DNA from: Brevundimonas sp. | Lineage (GTDB): Bacteria > Pseudomonadota > Alphaproteobacteria > Caulobacterales > Caulobacteraceae | Length of the DNA: 61,744 bases | Assembly: GCA_012270135.1 (NCBI GenBank) | Contig: JAAXIW010000239.1 | Span: 1-61,744 of the forward strand | Direction: 5' to 3' | Shown: positions 46,459 through 55,588 of the stretch, one piece after another | Numbering within the stretch: the stretch's first letter is position 1 | Layout of the letters: every line of letters starts with the position of its first letter | Program-made: the position numbers and the translations under genes | The notes under the pieces: generated by a model | Database searches by the model: none | The model's input: the letters and a program-made list of their open reading frames with translations, nothing else | Told to the model about the DNA's origin: nothing

Positions 46459-46525
46459 CGCCTGTCCGCTCCGGGCAGACCTCCGATCAGTCGGAGCGCC
46501 TGCCGGAGCGGTTCAGATCGGCCGG

Positions 46526-46753
46526 TCAGTTATGGTCGGCGTGACCTTGGGGAGCCGGAGCATCCGAGGGCGCCGGCGCGGGCGGCGCGGGTTCGGCGGG
46601 CGGCGAAGCGTCAGACTTCATCTTGTCGCAGCAGCTCATGGCGGCGTCAGCGGCCATGTCCTTGCAACAGTCGCAGCCTTCGGCGGCCAGGGCCGCTCCA
46701 GCGCTCAGGGCCAGGATCGCGCCGGCGGCGGCCAGCAGGTTGGAAACTCGCAT
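46526..46753 (-). CDS. Small secreted Cys/Met/His-rich protein
   Basis: AGGAG RBS; signal peptide; CDCCKDM...MSCCDKM; HADH tail; paralog of 6953-7183. Confidence 0.78.
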   Translation of the reverse strand: MRVSNLLAAAGAILALSAGAALAAEGCDCCKDMAADAAMSCCDKMKSDASPPAEPAPPAPAPSDAPAPQGHADHN

Positions 46754-46763
46754 CGTCGTTCTC

Positions 46764-46975
46764 CTAGTGAACCATGAAGCTGACAGACCCGGACATCTTG
46801 TGCCCGTCCGCGCCTTCCGCCGTCCAGGCGGCCCTGTAAGTGCCCGCCACGAGGCGGGGCAGGGCCACGCTGACGGTCGCGGCGGCCGGCGCGGCAGGGG
46901 CGTTGACGACGACCGGGGCACGTCCTTCGGCGGTGAGGGTCACGGTCTTCAAAATCATCGCGTGCGGGAAGTTGC
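46764..46975 (-). pseudogene. 5'-truncated CopC-like gene
   Basis: C-terminal GTYRAAWTAEGADGHKMSGSVSF present; signal peptide and N-terminal His absent. Confidence 0.65.
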
Positions 46976-47433
46976 TAGCGTTTACACAGGCGCTGGTGGG
47001 CCCCGAAGCGCATGAACTTTCGACTATGCGCCGACGAGCAGTAATCGGCGAATTCTCGCGTGATGCTCGAGTTCCGCGTCTAGGCGATCGGCGAGGCGGC
47101 GCTTAGCGACCTGCGGTCTGCGACGCGGCGGCGCCTCTACAAGGCGTTGTCGTCCAGACCGGCGCCCTGCCGGTGACAGCGGTTGAGCGGACCCGCTGTG
47201 CCGAAGCGCGACTGGACCGTGACTCACTTTGTCCGGCCTTCCCTTGGTAGATGTGTCTCTGCTTGCCGGCCGCCACCAACTGATCCGGTTTAAATCACTG
47301 AAGCCGAGTTTGTGGATGAACCCGCCGTCGAGTGTTTTTGTCGGGGGCCGGCCGGCTTCAGTTTCATTTCGTGAGGGGCGGGGGCGCGTGCCGCGTAAGA
47401 GACAGTAGGGGCGTCCCTTCCTAGGAGTTTGAG

Positions 47434-47796
47434 TTGACCCGTTTCAAAATCGCATCGCTCGCCGCGACCGTCGCGGCGCTTTCCCTGGTCGCCGGTCAGG
47501 CGGATGCACACGCGCGTCTCGTGAGCGCCACGCCGGCCGCCGGCGCTGCGGTCGCGGCGCCGCGCACCATCAGCCTCACCTTCAGCGAGCGCGTGGCGCC
47601 GGCCTTCTCCGGTTTCGATCTCGTCAATGCGGCGGGCGCGACCATCCGTGTCCAGACACGGGTGTCCGAGGACGGCAAGACGATCTCGGGCGCTCCGGCG
47701 AGGCCGTTGGCGGCCGGGGCCTACGTGGTCAACTGGCGGGTGGCGTCTCCGGACGGGCACCGGATGACGGGGTCCACCAACTTCTCGGTCCGCTGA
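47434..47796 (+). CDS. copC: Copper resistance protein CopC
   Basis: Signal ADA|HARLVSATP, LTFSE, WRVASPDGHRMTG. Confidence 0.92.
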   Translation: MTRFKIASLAATVAALSLVAGQADAHARLVSATPAAGAAVAAPRTISLTFSERVAPAFSGFDLVNAAGATIRVQTRVSEDGKTISGAPARPLAAGAYVVNWRVASPDGHRMTGSTNFSVR

Positions 47797-47800
47797 TCAG

Positions 47801-48721
47801 ATGGAGACAACGGTCGTCCTGCTGAGGCTGGGGCAGTACATCGGCGCCGTCCTGCTGTTTGGCGTCCCCCTGTTCTTCGCGTTCAGGATGCCCATGTCGG
47901 ACGCGGCCGCCGAAAGGTGGCCGCGAACGACGCTGCTGGTCGCCGCCGTGGCGACCGTCCTGGCTGCTCTCGCCAACCTCGTGGTCCAAACCGCCGTGAT
48001 GGCGGGATCGCTGACCGAGGCGCTGAAGCCGGAGTCGCTGTCCTACGTGGCATTCGGCACGGGCCTGGGCGTCGGCTTCCTGGTTCGCGCGGCGATGGCC
48101 CTTTTGGCCGCCGTTCTGCTGATCAGTCTGAAACCGGGACGCGGCGGCTGGATCGTGCTGACCGTCGTCGGCGCTGTGGTCAGCGCCAGCCTGGCCTGGA
48201 CCGGTCACGGCGCGGCGACGGAAGGCGCGGGCCGCTGGCCGCATCTGATCGCCGATGTCGTTCACGCGCTCGCCGCCGGACTCTGGCTCGGCAGTCTGGT
48301 CGCGTTGTTCCTGATGCTGCGGACCCGCCACGGGCACGCGGCGGGCGCGCCGGTGACTCACGCCGCCCTGGAGGGGTTCGCCGGTCTGGGAACGCTCGCC
48401 GTCGTCCTGCTGACGATCACGGGTCTGGTGAACAGCGCCTATCTGATCGGGTTCAGCCGGCTCGGGAGCCTGTTGACGACGCCCTACGGCGTTCTTCTGA
48501 TCCTGAAACTCGTCCTGTTCGCCGGCATGCTGGCCCTAGCGGCCTCGAACCGCTTTGTCCTGACCCCGCATCTCGGATCGGCGCTCGAAGACGATCACGC
48601 CCGTCCGCTCGCCTTGCGCCGCCTGCGGCGCAGCCTGGCGCTGGAGACCGTGCTGGCGGCCCTGCTGCTTCTGATCGTGGCGATCATGGGCACCCAGGCG
48701 CCCCCCGCCGCCATGATGTGA
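47801..48721 (+). CDS. copD: Copper resistance protein CopD
   Basis: AWTGHGAA, HALAAGLWLG, TPYGVLLILKL, ASNRF. Confidence 0.92.
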   Translation: METTVVLLRLGQYIGAVLLFGVPLFFAFRMPMSDAAAERWPRTTLLVAAVATVLAALANLVVQTAVMAGSLTEALKPESLSYVAFGTGLGVGFLVRAAMALLAAVLLISLKPGRGGWIVLTVVGAVVSASLAWTGHGAATEGAGRWPHLIADVVHALAAGLWLGSLVALFLMLRTRHGHAAGAPVTHAALEGFAGLGTLAVVLLTITGLVNSAYLIGFSRLGSLLTTPYGVLLILKLVLFAGMLALAASNRFVLTPHLGSALEDDHARPLALRRLRRSLALETVLAALLLLIVAIMGTQAPPAAMM

Positions 48722-48750
48722 ACCTCGCCGAGCTTTTGTGAAGGATCGGC

Positions 48751-49887
48751 CTACAGCGCGGGAACGGGAGACTTGGCCGCGGGGGAGGTCGATCGCGACC
48801 CCGACTGCGGACGATTGAACCAGGCCTGGGTCGGTCGGTCGAAGGCGTAGCGGAAGACGGCGGCGCCGCCGAAAGCCGCGGCCAGGCCGACCGCCCAGGC
48901 GGTCCATTGCACTGACGGACTCCAACTCCGCCAATCGACGGCGTCGAGCACGCCGAACCACACGATCCGGATCACTTCGTTGGTCAGGAAGATCGCGAAC
49001 GCCATCAAAGCGAGGTGCTCGACCAGCCTGGACGGGCTCCGAACCGGCAAGGCCCCGGTGGCGAAGATGATGACGGTCAGGAGGCCGAGGGTCGCCAGAT
49101 TATGGGGTCCCAGAGCCTGCAGACCCGCCAAAGCGACCACGGCGGAACCGCCCAGACCGGCGGCCAGACGGGGCGGGCAATAGACCTGCCGGGCGAACAG
49201 AGCCACGGCGACGCCGAGGGCGAACAGCGGAAAGGCCCGCAGGAAGCCGAGGCGCAACGGCATCTCGTAGATCGGCAACCCGAAGGCGGCGTGGGCGGAC
49301 AGGTTGGCGGCGAGCAGCCCGCCCACCCCAAGAGCGAGGATCAGCCATGGGGACAGGCCGCGCGCCGCGCGAGCGAGGAAGGGCAGGCTGACGTAACAGC
49401 CCAGGAGCGCCGAGAGCGTCCAGGTCGGCGCGTTCCATCCCTCTCCGCCCGGCACCCCATAGGCCTGCACCAGAAAGAACTGGGCGGGAAACCGGGACCA
49501 GTCGAACCATTCCGGGTGGCTGGGTGTTTGGCCCAGGATCGCCGCCGTCAGCACCAGCCCCGCCAGGGCGAGGCTGACGGTCATGTGGGCCGGAACCACC
49601 CTGAGAAATCGCTGACGGTAGAAGACGGAAAGCGGAATTCGCCGGTTCGCGAGCCGCTCGCCGTAGACGCGGGCGAGAACGTAGCCGGAGTCGATGATGA
49701 AGAAGTCGGTCAGCAGATAGCCGCGGTCGAAGACCGGATGGAAGAGCGGCAAGGGGATCGGAGCGGCCTCGCGGAGGTGATAGAGGACGATCATCGCCCC
49801 CACGACGAAACGCAGAAGGTCGAGCCAGCCGCCGCGCGCGATCGGCGGCGGGCGTCGGCGCTCCGGGGGTGCTGGATCTTCCGTCAT
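48751..49887 (-). CDS. Acyltransferase family 3 protein (paralog of 5324-6490)
   Basis: IARGGWLDLLRF, HPVFDRGYLLTDFFIIDSGYVLAR, WNAPTWTLS. Confidence 0.85.
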   Translation of the reverse strand: MTEDPAPPERRRPPPIARGGWLDLLRFVVGAMIVLYHLREAAPIPLPLFHPVFDRGYLLTDFFIIDSGYVLARVYGERLANRRIPLSVFYRQRFLRVVPAHMTVSLALAGLVLTAAILGQTPSHPEWFDWSRFPAQFFLVQAYGVPGGEGWNAPTWTLSALLGCYVSLPFLARAARGLSPWLILALGVGGLLAANLSAHAAFGLPIYEMPLRLGFLRAFPLFALGVAVALFARQVYCPPRLAAGLGGSAVVALAGLQALGPHNLATLGLLTVIIFATGALPVRSPSRLVEHLALMAFAIFLTNEVIRIVWFGVLDAVDWRSWSPSVQWTAWAVGLAAAFGGAAVFRYAFDRPTQAWFNRPQSGSRSTSPAAKSPVPAL

Positions 49888-50074
49888 CCAGCCATCATCC
49901 CCCCACAGGCGCCAAGGAAGGCTTGCCCGACACGGTGAACGAGGCCTTGCCGCCGGTGGTCGCGCGTAGGGGTTCGCGCGGGGCGGTGTGAGTGCATCAG
50001 GCCTCGAGTGGCGACCAGCGGAGGGCAAGACCCGGGAATCCGGCAAACCCTTCCGCTCCCTCGCCCGCTTGTCC

Positions 50075-51121
50075 TCAGCGGGTCGGTTTCGATCGAGGCG
50101 AGCGGCGTCGGGGCTTTCCGAGGAAGGCCCAGGCGCCGACCACCCCCAGGGCCGCCATGGCGACGCCGCTGAGCGCCGTCACCGCGCTATAGAGCCAGCC
50201 GCCGACCGAACTGGCGTGCAGGGGGTAGAAGGCGTTGTAGGCCCGGACGCCGGTCGGCAGGGCGTTGGCGTCGGAGGTCGCGACCGCCCGGCTGGTGGCC
50301 GGATCGATGGTCACGGTGGTGCGGCCGTTGGGATGCCACTCGCCGGGCTGCTTCAGACGGATCGTGGCGGGCTTGCCCGGTGCGGCGGGGCGGACAACCA
50401 TGCGCGGGATCGCTTCGGGGAAGCGGGCCTGGGCCTCTGTCAGGGCGTGGGCCCAGTCGACGTCCCCGGTCCCGACCACCGGCGCCGGCGGCGTCGGGAC
50501 AGCCCCCAGCAGGGCCTGGGTCGTGCCGTGAAAGACGATGGCCGCACCGGTGATGCTGAAGACGACCAGCGGGATGGCGAAGATCAGGCCGAGATTGCGA
50601 TGGCTGCCGATCAGTTCGCGCCGGGCCCCCGAGCGGGGCCAGACCCGCCAGCCGGTGGCGCGCCAGGCGGGAATCCAGACGATCAGGCCGGTCAGGATCA
50701 TCACCGCCAGGGTCAGGCCGGCGCCGCCGGCAACCAGCTTGCCGGTGTGACCGGCCAGCAGCTCGTGGTGAAGGTCGAAGATCCATGTCTCGGCTCGCGC
50801 CGGGCCCCACCAGCGGTCCACCACCTTGCCGTCGGGGTCGGCGTAGCCGAAACCGTCCTCGGCCAGGTAGAGCCGGTGAACGCCGACCGCCCCGCCCGGC
50901 AGGACCACCGAGGTGAGGCGGGGCTCGGCTGCCTCGAGCCGGTCCAGCGCCGCACCCAGACGGGCGGCATCGAGATCGATCTCGGCGCGCGCGGCGGGGA
51001 CGGTGGCGCGGATCCAGTCGTCCTCGAACACCAGCAACGATCCCGTCAGGCCCAACACCACGGCCAGGATCGAGAGGGCGGTCCCGGCCCAGGCGTGGAG
51101 CGTGCGGATCGCGCCCATCAC
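50075..51121 (-). CDS. PepSY-associated TM helix protein
   Basis: LHAWAG, GLTGSLLVF, DLHHELL, HRNLG, YPLH. Confidence 0.88.
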   Translation of the reverse strand: MMGAIRTLHAWAGTALSILAVVLGLTGSLLVFEDDWIRATVPAARAEIDLDAARLGAALDRLEAAEPRLTSVVLPGGAVGVHRLYLAEDGFGYADPDGKVVDRWWGPARAETWIFDLHHELLAGHTGKLVAGGAGLTLAVMILTGLIVWIPAWRATGWRVWPRSGARRELIGSHRNLGLIFAIPLVVFSITGAAIVFHGTTQALLGAVPTPPAPVVGTGDVDWAHALTEAQARFPEAIPRMVVRPAAPGKPATIRLKQPGEWHPNGRTTVTIDPATSRAVATSDANALPTGVRAYNAFYPLHASSVGGWLYSAVTALSGVAMAALGVVGAWAFLGKPRRRSPRSKPTR

Positions 51122-51125
51122 CGGC

Positions 51126-53258
51126 TCAGAAGCTCCGCGTCAGGGTCACGGTGGCCGTGCGCCCGCGACCGGCGAAAAAGCGCAGATTGTCGGTCGGCCC
51201 CTGTGTGTCCGAGAAATAGGAAATGTACTGCTCGTCCAGCAGGTTCTGCACCCCCAGCGACACCGTGCCGAAGCCCGCCTCGTAGCGGGCCACGGCGTCG
51301 AGCACCGTATAGCCCTCGAAGCCGTTGGCCGCGGGCTCGCCGTCGAAGTCGCGTGCGAGATAGGTCTGGGCCTGAAGGCGCAGGGCGATCGGGCCTGTCT
51401 CGTACTCGCCCCACAGCAGCAGGCGGTCGGGCGAGATGTTCGCTCCGTTCAGGTCGCGGTCCAGATCGCCGTCGCCGTCGCTGTCGCTCTGGCCGTCCAG
51501 CGCGGCGTAGCTGCCGCCAAGGGTCAGGGCGTCCGTGGCGCGCCATAGTCCCTTCAGCTCCAGTCCATCGATCCGCGTGGCCTGGCGCTGCACCTCGAAG
51601 ATGCCCGAGGGCAGGCGGTTCAGCAGCGAGCCGCGTTCGGCCTCGGACCGGAACACGGCGGCGGACAGCTCGACGCGCGCGCCGCGGTATTCGACCCCGA
51701 CCTCGGTGTTGTCCGACACCACCGGCTCGACGTTGAGGAAGGTGTCGACGTCCTGATTGGGGCGGTTGATGCCGCGCAGCACCCGACCGACGTCCGGCAT
51801 GGTGAAGCCCTGGGCGAAGGAGCCGTAGACGAGGAGAGCCGGAGTCACCTCGAAGGCGGCGCCGATATTGAACAGCGTCTCCTCGAAGCCCGGCTCGCCG
51901 CCCGCCACCGTCTGAGGGCCGTAGGCGTATAGGGTCTGGAAGTCGTCGACCTTAAGCTTCGCCGATTCACGCCGCACGCCCGCCGACAGGCTGAGGCGGC
52001 CCGCCAGGACCGACTGGTTCAGCTGCAGGAAGGGCGACAGGCTCTCGTAGGCGGTCTCGGGCACCCAGTTGCGCCCGGTCAGGATCAGTTCCTGATAGGT
52101 CCGGTCGCGCAGGCCGTCGAGGCCGACCAGGGCCTTGAGGCCCGCCAGACCGGGAACCTGGCCCTGCCAGTCGATCTTGAAGCCCAGCTTTTCCGAGTTG
52201 TTGGCCGACTGGTCGAACAGGGTCCCGACCGTGGCGATGCGGGGGTCCTGGAAGTCCGGGAAGCTGCCGCCGCCGAATACGCCCTGGTAATCGTGGGCGA
52301 AGACCTGGGCCCGCAGGACGCCGCCGAACAGGTCGCGATCGGTGTAGGTCAGGGCCGCAGTGGTCACCGCGTTCGAGGGCTGCTCGCCCGGCGCCGCGCC
52401 GCGCACGGCGGTGGTCGGGACGCCCGTCGCCCGGTCGCCCGCCACGGTCACATAGTCGCCGTCGCCTTCCAGATCGAAGCGGTTGACCCAGCCCTCCAGC
52501 CGGCGATCGCCGCCCAGGTCCCAGCCACCGCGCGCAAGCAGCGAGACGGCTTGCGAGTCCTGGACCTCGCCCTGGGCGCCGTCGAAGCCGACGCGGCTGC
52601 CGTCAGCGTCATAGTAGGCGCCGCGGGTCTCGAAGGCCGCGCCCACGGTCAGGTCAAAGGCGCCGAAGTCACGGCCGCCGATGGCGGCGATCTTGGCGCC
52701 GACGCCGTCGCCCTGCAGCTCGTCGTCGGTGGTGACCTGGGCCATCATCCGCCCGGTCAGGCCCTCCGCCTCGGACGGCTTGCGGGCGGTGACGTAGTTG
52801 ACCACCCCGCCGGTGGCCCCGATGCCCTGGATGGCGTTGGAGCCGAAGATGACCTCGACCCGGTCGATGAAGAAGGGATCGATGGTGTAGCCGTCGCGGC
52901 TGTCGTCGCGCAGCGGCGTCGACTGCGGCACGCCGTCGACGAGATAGAGCGGCGAGCGTCCGCGCAGGGTCTCGCCGAAGCCCGACAGCTTCTGCCGCGT
53001 CGGCGAGAAGGAGGGCACCAGGGCCGCCACCGTATCGACGGCCGAGGCGGCCAGCGCCGTCTGCTGGACGATGGCCTCGGCGTCGATGAGCTCGACCGTG
53101 GCGGCGATCGCGGAGCGCGGGGTCTCGATCCGGGAGGCGGTGACCACCACCTCGTCCAAAAGCGTCGCGTCCGGGGTGGGCCCCTCCTGGGCCGCCGCGG
53201 GAAGCGCGGCCAGCAGCAGCGGCAGGAGGGCGACGGTGGCGAGGAGACGAGGGGACAT
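51126..53258 (-). CDS. TonB-dependent siderophore-type receptor
   Basis: EVVVTASR, LRGRSPLYLVDGVPQ, GATGGVVN, NLLDEQY, C-terminal F. Confidence 0.9.
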   Translation of the reverse strand: MSPRLLATVALLPLLLAALPAAAQEGPTPDATLLDEVVVTASRIETPRSAIAATVELIDAEAIVQQTALAASAVDTVAALVPSFSPTRQKLSGFGETLRGRSPLYLVDGVPQSTPLRDDSRDGYTIDPFFIDRVEVIFGSNAIQGIGATGGVVNYVTARKPSEAEGLTGRMMAQVTTDDELQGDGVGAKIAAIGGRDFGAFDLTVGAAFETRGAYYDADGSRVGFDGAQGEVQDSQAVSLLARGGWDLGGDRRLEGWVNRFDLEGDGDYVTVAGDRATGVPTTAVRGAAPGEQPSNAVTTAALTYTDRDLFGGVLRAQVFAHDYQGVFGGGSFPDFQDPRIATVGTLFDQSANNSEKLGFKIDWQGQVPGLAGLKALVGLDGLRDRTYQELILTGRNWVPETAYESLSPFLQLNQSVLAGRLSLSAGVRRESAKLKVDDFQTLYAYGPQTVAGGEPGFEETLFNIGAAFEVTPALLVYGSFAQGFTMPDVGRVLRGINRPNQDVDTFLNVEPVVSDNTEVGVEYRGARVELSAAVFRSEAERGSLLNRLPSGIFEVQRQATRIDGLELKGLWRATDALTLGGSYAALDGQSDSDGDGDLDRDLNGANISPDRLLLWGEYETGPIALRLQAQTYLARDFDGEPAANGFEGYTVLDAVARYEAGFGTVSLGVQNLLDEQYISYFSDTQGPTDNLRFFAGRGRTATVTLTRSF

Positions 53259-53305
53259 GGAGCTCTTCAGGGGAACGACAGGGAGGGCGTCTGACCACAG
53301 GCCTT

Positions 53306-53324
53306 GTTGCGAGTCAATCGCACT
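53306..53324. promoter_or_regulatory. Putative Fur box (Caulobacter-type)
   Basis: TGCGA-gtcaa-TCGCA dyad about 50 bp upstream of the receptor start. Confidence 0.6.
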
Positions 53325-53416
53325 CGCATCTAGCCAGCCTGGTGTTGGCTTCTTCGTGGCTATCGCAGGGGCCGAGCAGCGCTTGACCTGCGGGGCGGCG
53401 AGAGGAAAAGAGGTTC

Positions 53417-53806
53417 ATGGCCAAATACGCGCCCCTCGCAACCTATCTGCGGCGTCAAAGGCGGACCGAAGTGGTGCTAACGTTCCGCGATATCGAACGC
53501 ATCATCAGCGGCCTTCTTCCGAAGGCTGCGGCGACGGAGGGCTGGTGGAAACCTGAGCGCGGCGCGCCCGCGACGCCACAGCATCTCGCCCTGGCGGACG
53601 CCGGCTTCGTGGCCGAGCCGCATCTCCGAACGGAGACGGTGCGGTTTATCCGCGACGGAGGTCCTCGCGACGGGTCGATCGGAGGTCGGGATCGGCCGGT
53701 TCTCGACGACGGCGGTGTCATCGCCAACGAGCGGACGGCCGTCGCGAAGGGCGAAGAGACCGGTCGGCTCAGCGGTCGTCAGGCTCACGGAGCGCCGGCG
53801 GGCTGA
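53417..53806 (+). CDS. Small conserved hypothetical protein (paralog of 46159-46458)
   Basis: MAKYAPLATYLRRQ...LTFRDIERI...WW...PQHLA...AGF. Confidence 0.75.
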   Translation: MAKYAPLATYLRRQRRTEVVLTFRDIERIISGLLPKAAATEGWWKPERGAPATPQHLALADAGFVAEPHLRTETVRFIRDGGPRDGSIGGRDRPVLDDGGVIANERTAVAKGEETGRLSGRQAHGAPAG

Positions 53807-54929
53807 GCGCGGCCGGGGCGAGCTCGTCGCGACGCCTGTCGAACCGGCGCCTTATCCAGGTTCGGCCGGGCTTTTCGACGAGCAGATGCAGCGCCGCCGC
53901 GATCAGGGCCGTGGCGATGAACAATCCGATCAGTTCGACCGGCGTGATGCGGAAGGTGCTGTCGACGCCGCGCAGTTCGGCCACGACGCCCTTCCAGGCC
54001 ACGATCACCGGCATGTGCACCAGATAGAGGGCGAAGGACGCTTCTCCGGCGAAGACAAGGCCCGGGGCGGCGAGGGGGCCCTCGCAATCCGCCCGCGCGA
54101 GCAGGGACCAGGTCAGAATCACGGGGGCGGCGAGGGCGACGATGATGCGGTCGTCCAGCGACAGCTGCATCGCGCCCAGCAGCAGGACGGTCGTGGACAG
54201 GGCGGCCGCGGCGGCCACGGGCGGGCTCCAGCGCCAGCGATGGCCCAGCCCGTAGAGCGCCATGCCGACCAGGAATTCGGGGACGATCCGGAGAATGCCG
54301 AGGGAGTCCTCAGCTCGCGGAAGGACCTTGCCGAACGCCTGGACGTAGAAGGCGTCGAGGGCGACGAACGCCGCGGCCCCGATCCCCAGCAGCACCCACG
54401 GCCGCGCTCGCAGACGGAGGGCCAGCCAGGCGTAGGCGGGGAACAGCAGATAGGCGAACCATTCCGCCGACAGGGACCAGCTCGGGCCGCTCCAGTTCAA
54501 CTCCGCATCGGTCGGAAACCAGGCCTGGATGAGAAACAGCGTCTGGAAGAAGGCCAGCAGCCCATAGCCCTCGCCGTCGAAGCGAACGCCCGCGGCGGTC
54601 GCGCCCAGGACCATGACCAGGGCGCCCGTCAGAACGGCGACGTGCAAGGGGTAGAGACGCGCCAGCCGGGCGACGATGAAACGCCGGTAGCTGAAACCGC
54701 CGCTTGCGAAGGCCGGGCCGTAGACGTGAGCCAGAATGAAGCCCGACAGCATGAAGAAGGCGTCCACCGCCAGCCGGCTGCGCTCGATGATCGGGCTGAA
54801 GCCCAGGGCCGGATCCCATTGGAGCTGATAGTGAAACAGCACCACCCCCACGGCGAGGAAGGCGCGCAGACTGGTCAGAGCCCTGAGATCGGCGGGGTAG
54901 CCGTCTCGGGTCGGCGGTACGGATGTCAT
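53769..54929 (-). CDS. Acyltransferase family 3 protein
   Basis: LTSLRAF..VVLFH, VDAFFMLSGFIL, RLARLYPLH, WSLSAEWFAY, GEASFALYLVH. Confidence 0.9.
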   Translation of the reverse strand: MTSVPPTRDGYPADLRALTSLRAFLAVGVVLFHYQLQWDPALGFSPIIERSRLAVDAFFMLSGFILAHVYGPAFASGGFSYRRFIVARLARLYPLHVAVLTGALVMVLGATAAGVRFDGEGYGLLAFFQTLFLIQAWFPTDAELNWSGPSWSLSAEWFAYLLFPAYAWLALRLRARPWVLLGIGAAAFVALDAFYVQAFGKVLPRAEDSLGILRIVPEFLVGMALYGLGHRWRWSPPVAAAAALSTTVLLLGAMQLSLDDRIIVALAAPVILTWSLLARADCEGPLAAPGLVFAGEASFALYLVHMPVIVAWKGVVAELRGVDSTFRITPVELIGLFIATALIAAALHLLVEKPGRTWIRRRFDRRRDELAPAALSPPALREPDDR

Positions 54930-55212
54930 TCGCGATGGCCCCCCAAGGGCGGCGGATCAGCACCGCCGCCATATTGAGATACGCATCGGGCGGGAACATC
55001 CCTCATGCGCGACGCCAGACGGGGCCGGCCGGTCATACGGGACGTCCAAGTCTGGCTCGGGGCTCGGCATGCCCTCGGCCGGTTTGCCAGCCTGGACCGC
55101 TGCGGCTCTGGGTGAGGCCGCCCCCAAGACATGTCATGTCCCTCAGCCAGACGAGAGGATGTCCAGGCCGACCGCCGGGCCTGGCGACCAAACGCCGGGA
55201 GTCCGTCCCCGG

Positions 55213-55488
55213 CTAGCGGGAAGCGCGGCCGAGAAGTTCGATCAGTTCGGACGCCTTGGCCTTGCGGTCGGCGAGATCGTCACCCGCGATCGCGCCCATG
55301 ACGCAGTGATCCATGTGGTCCTTCAAGACCTGGCCCTCGACACGCGACAGCGCCGCCCGAACGGCCTGGAGCTGGGTCAGGACGTCGATGCAGTAGCGGT
55401 CCTCCTCGACCATTCTGGAAAGACCACGCACCTGTCCCTCTATGCGGCTCAGGCGGTTCAACACCTTCGGCTTGATCTCGGTCTGCAT
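55213..55488 (-). CDS. csoR: CsoR-family copper-sensing repressor
   Basis: RLSRIEGQVRG...RYCIDVL...HMDHC; divergent from the Cu-ATPase. Confidence 0.9.
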   Translation of the reverse strand: MQTEIKPKVLNRLSRIEGQVRGLSRMVEEDRYCIDVLTQLQAVRAALSRVEGQVLKDHMDHCVMGAIAGDDLADRKAKASELIELLGRASR

Positions 55489-55539
55489 CCTGTTCCTCGT
55501 TCCGACCGTTCGATCCTACCTCACCGTCACACCTTGCGC

Positions 55540-55558
55540 GATACCCCTGTGGAGTATA
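55540..55558. promoter_or_regulatory. CsoR-type operator
   Basis: ATAC-ccctgtgga-GTAT between the divergent csoR and ATPase genes. Confidence 0.6.
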
Positions 55559-55588
55559 TTTGTTAGTGAGGTTGTCTGAGGAGCCGTC

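Noticed and set aside
54930-55212. Short ORFs between the acyltransferase and csoR
   Set aside because: No recognisable motifs or convincing coding signal
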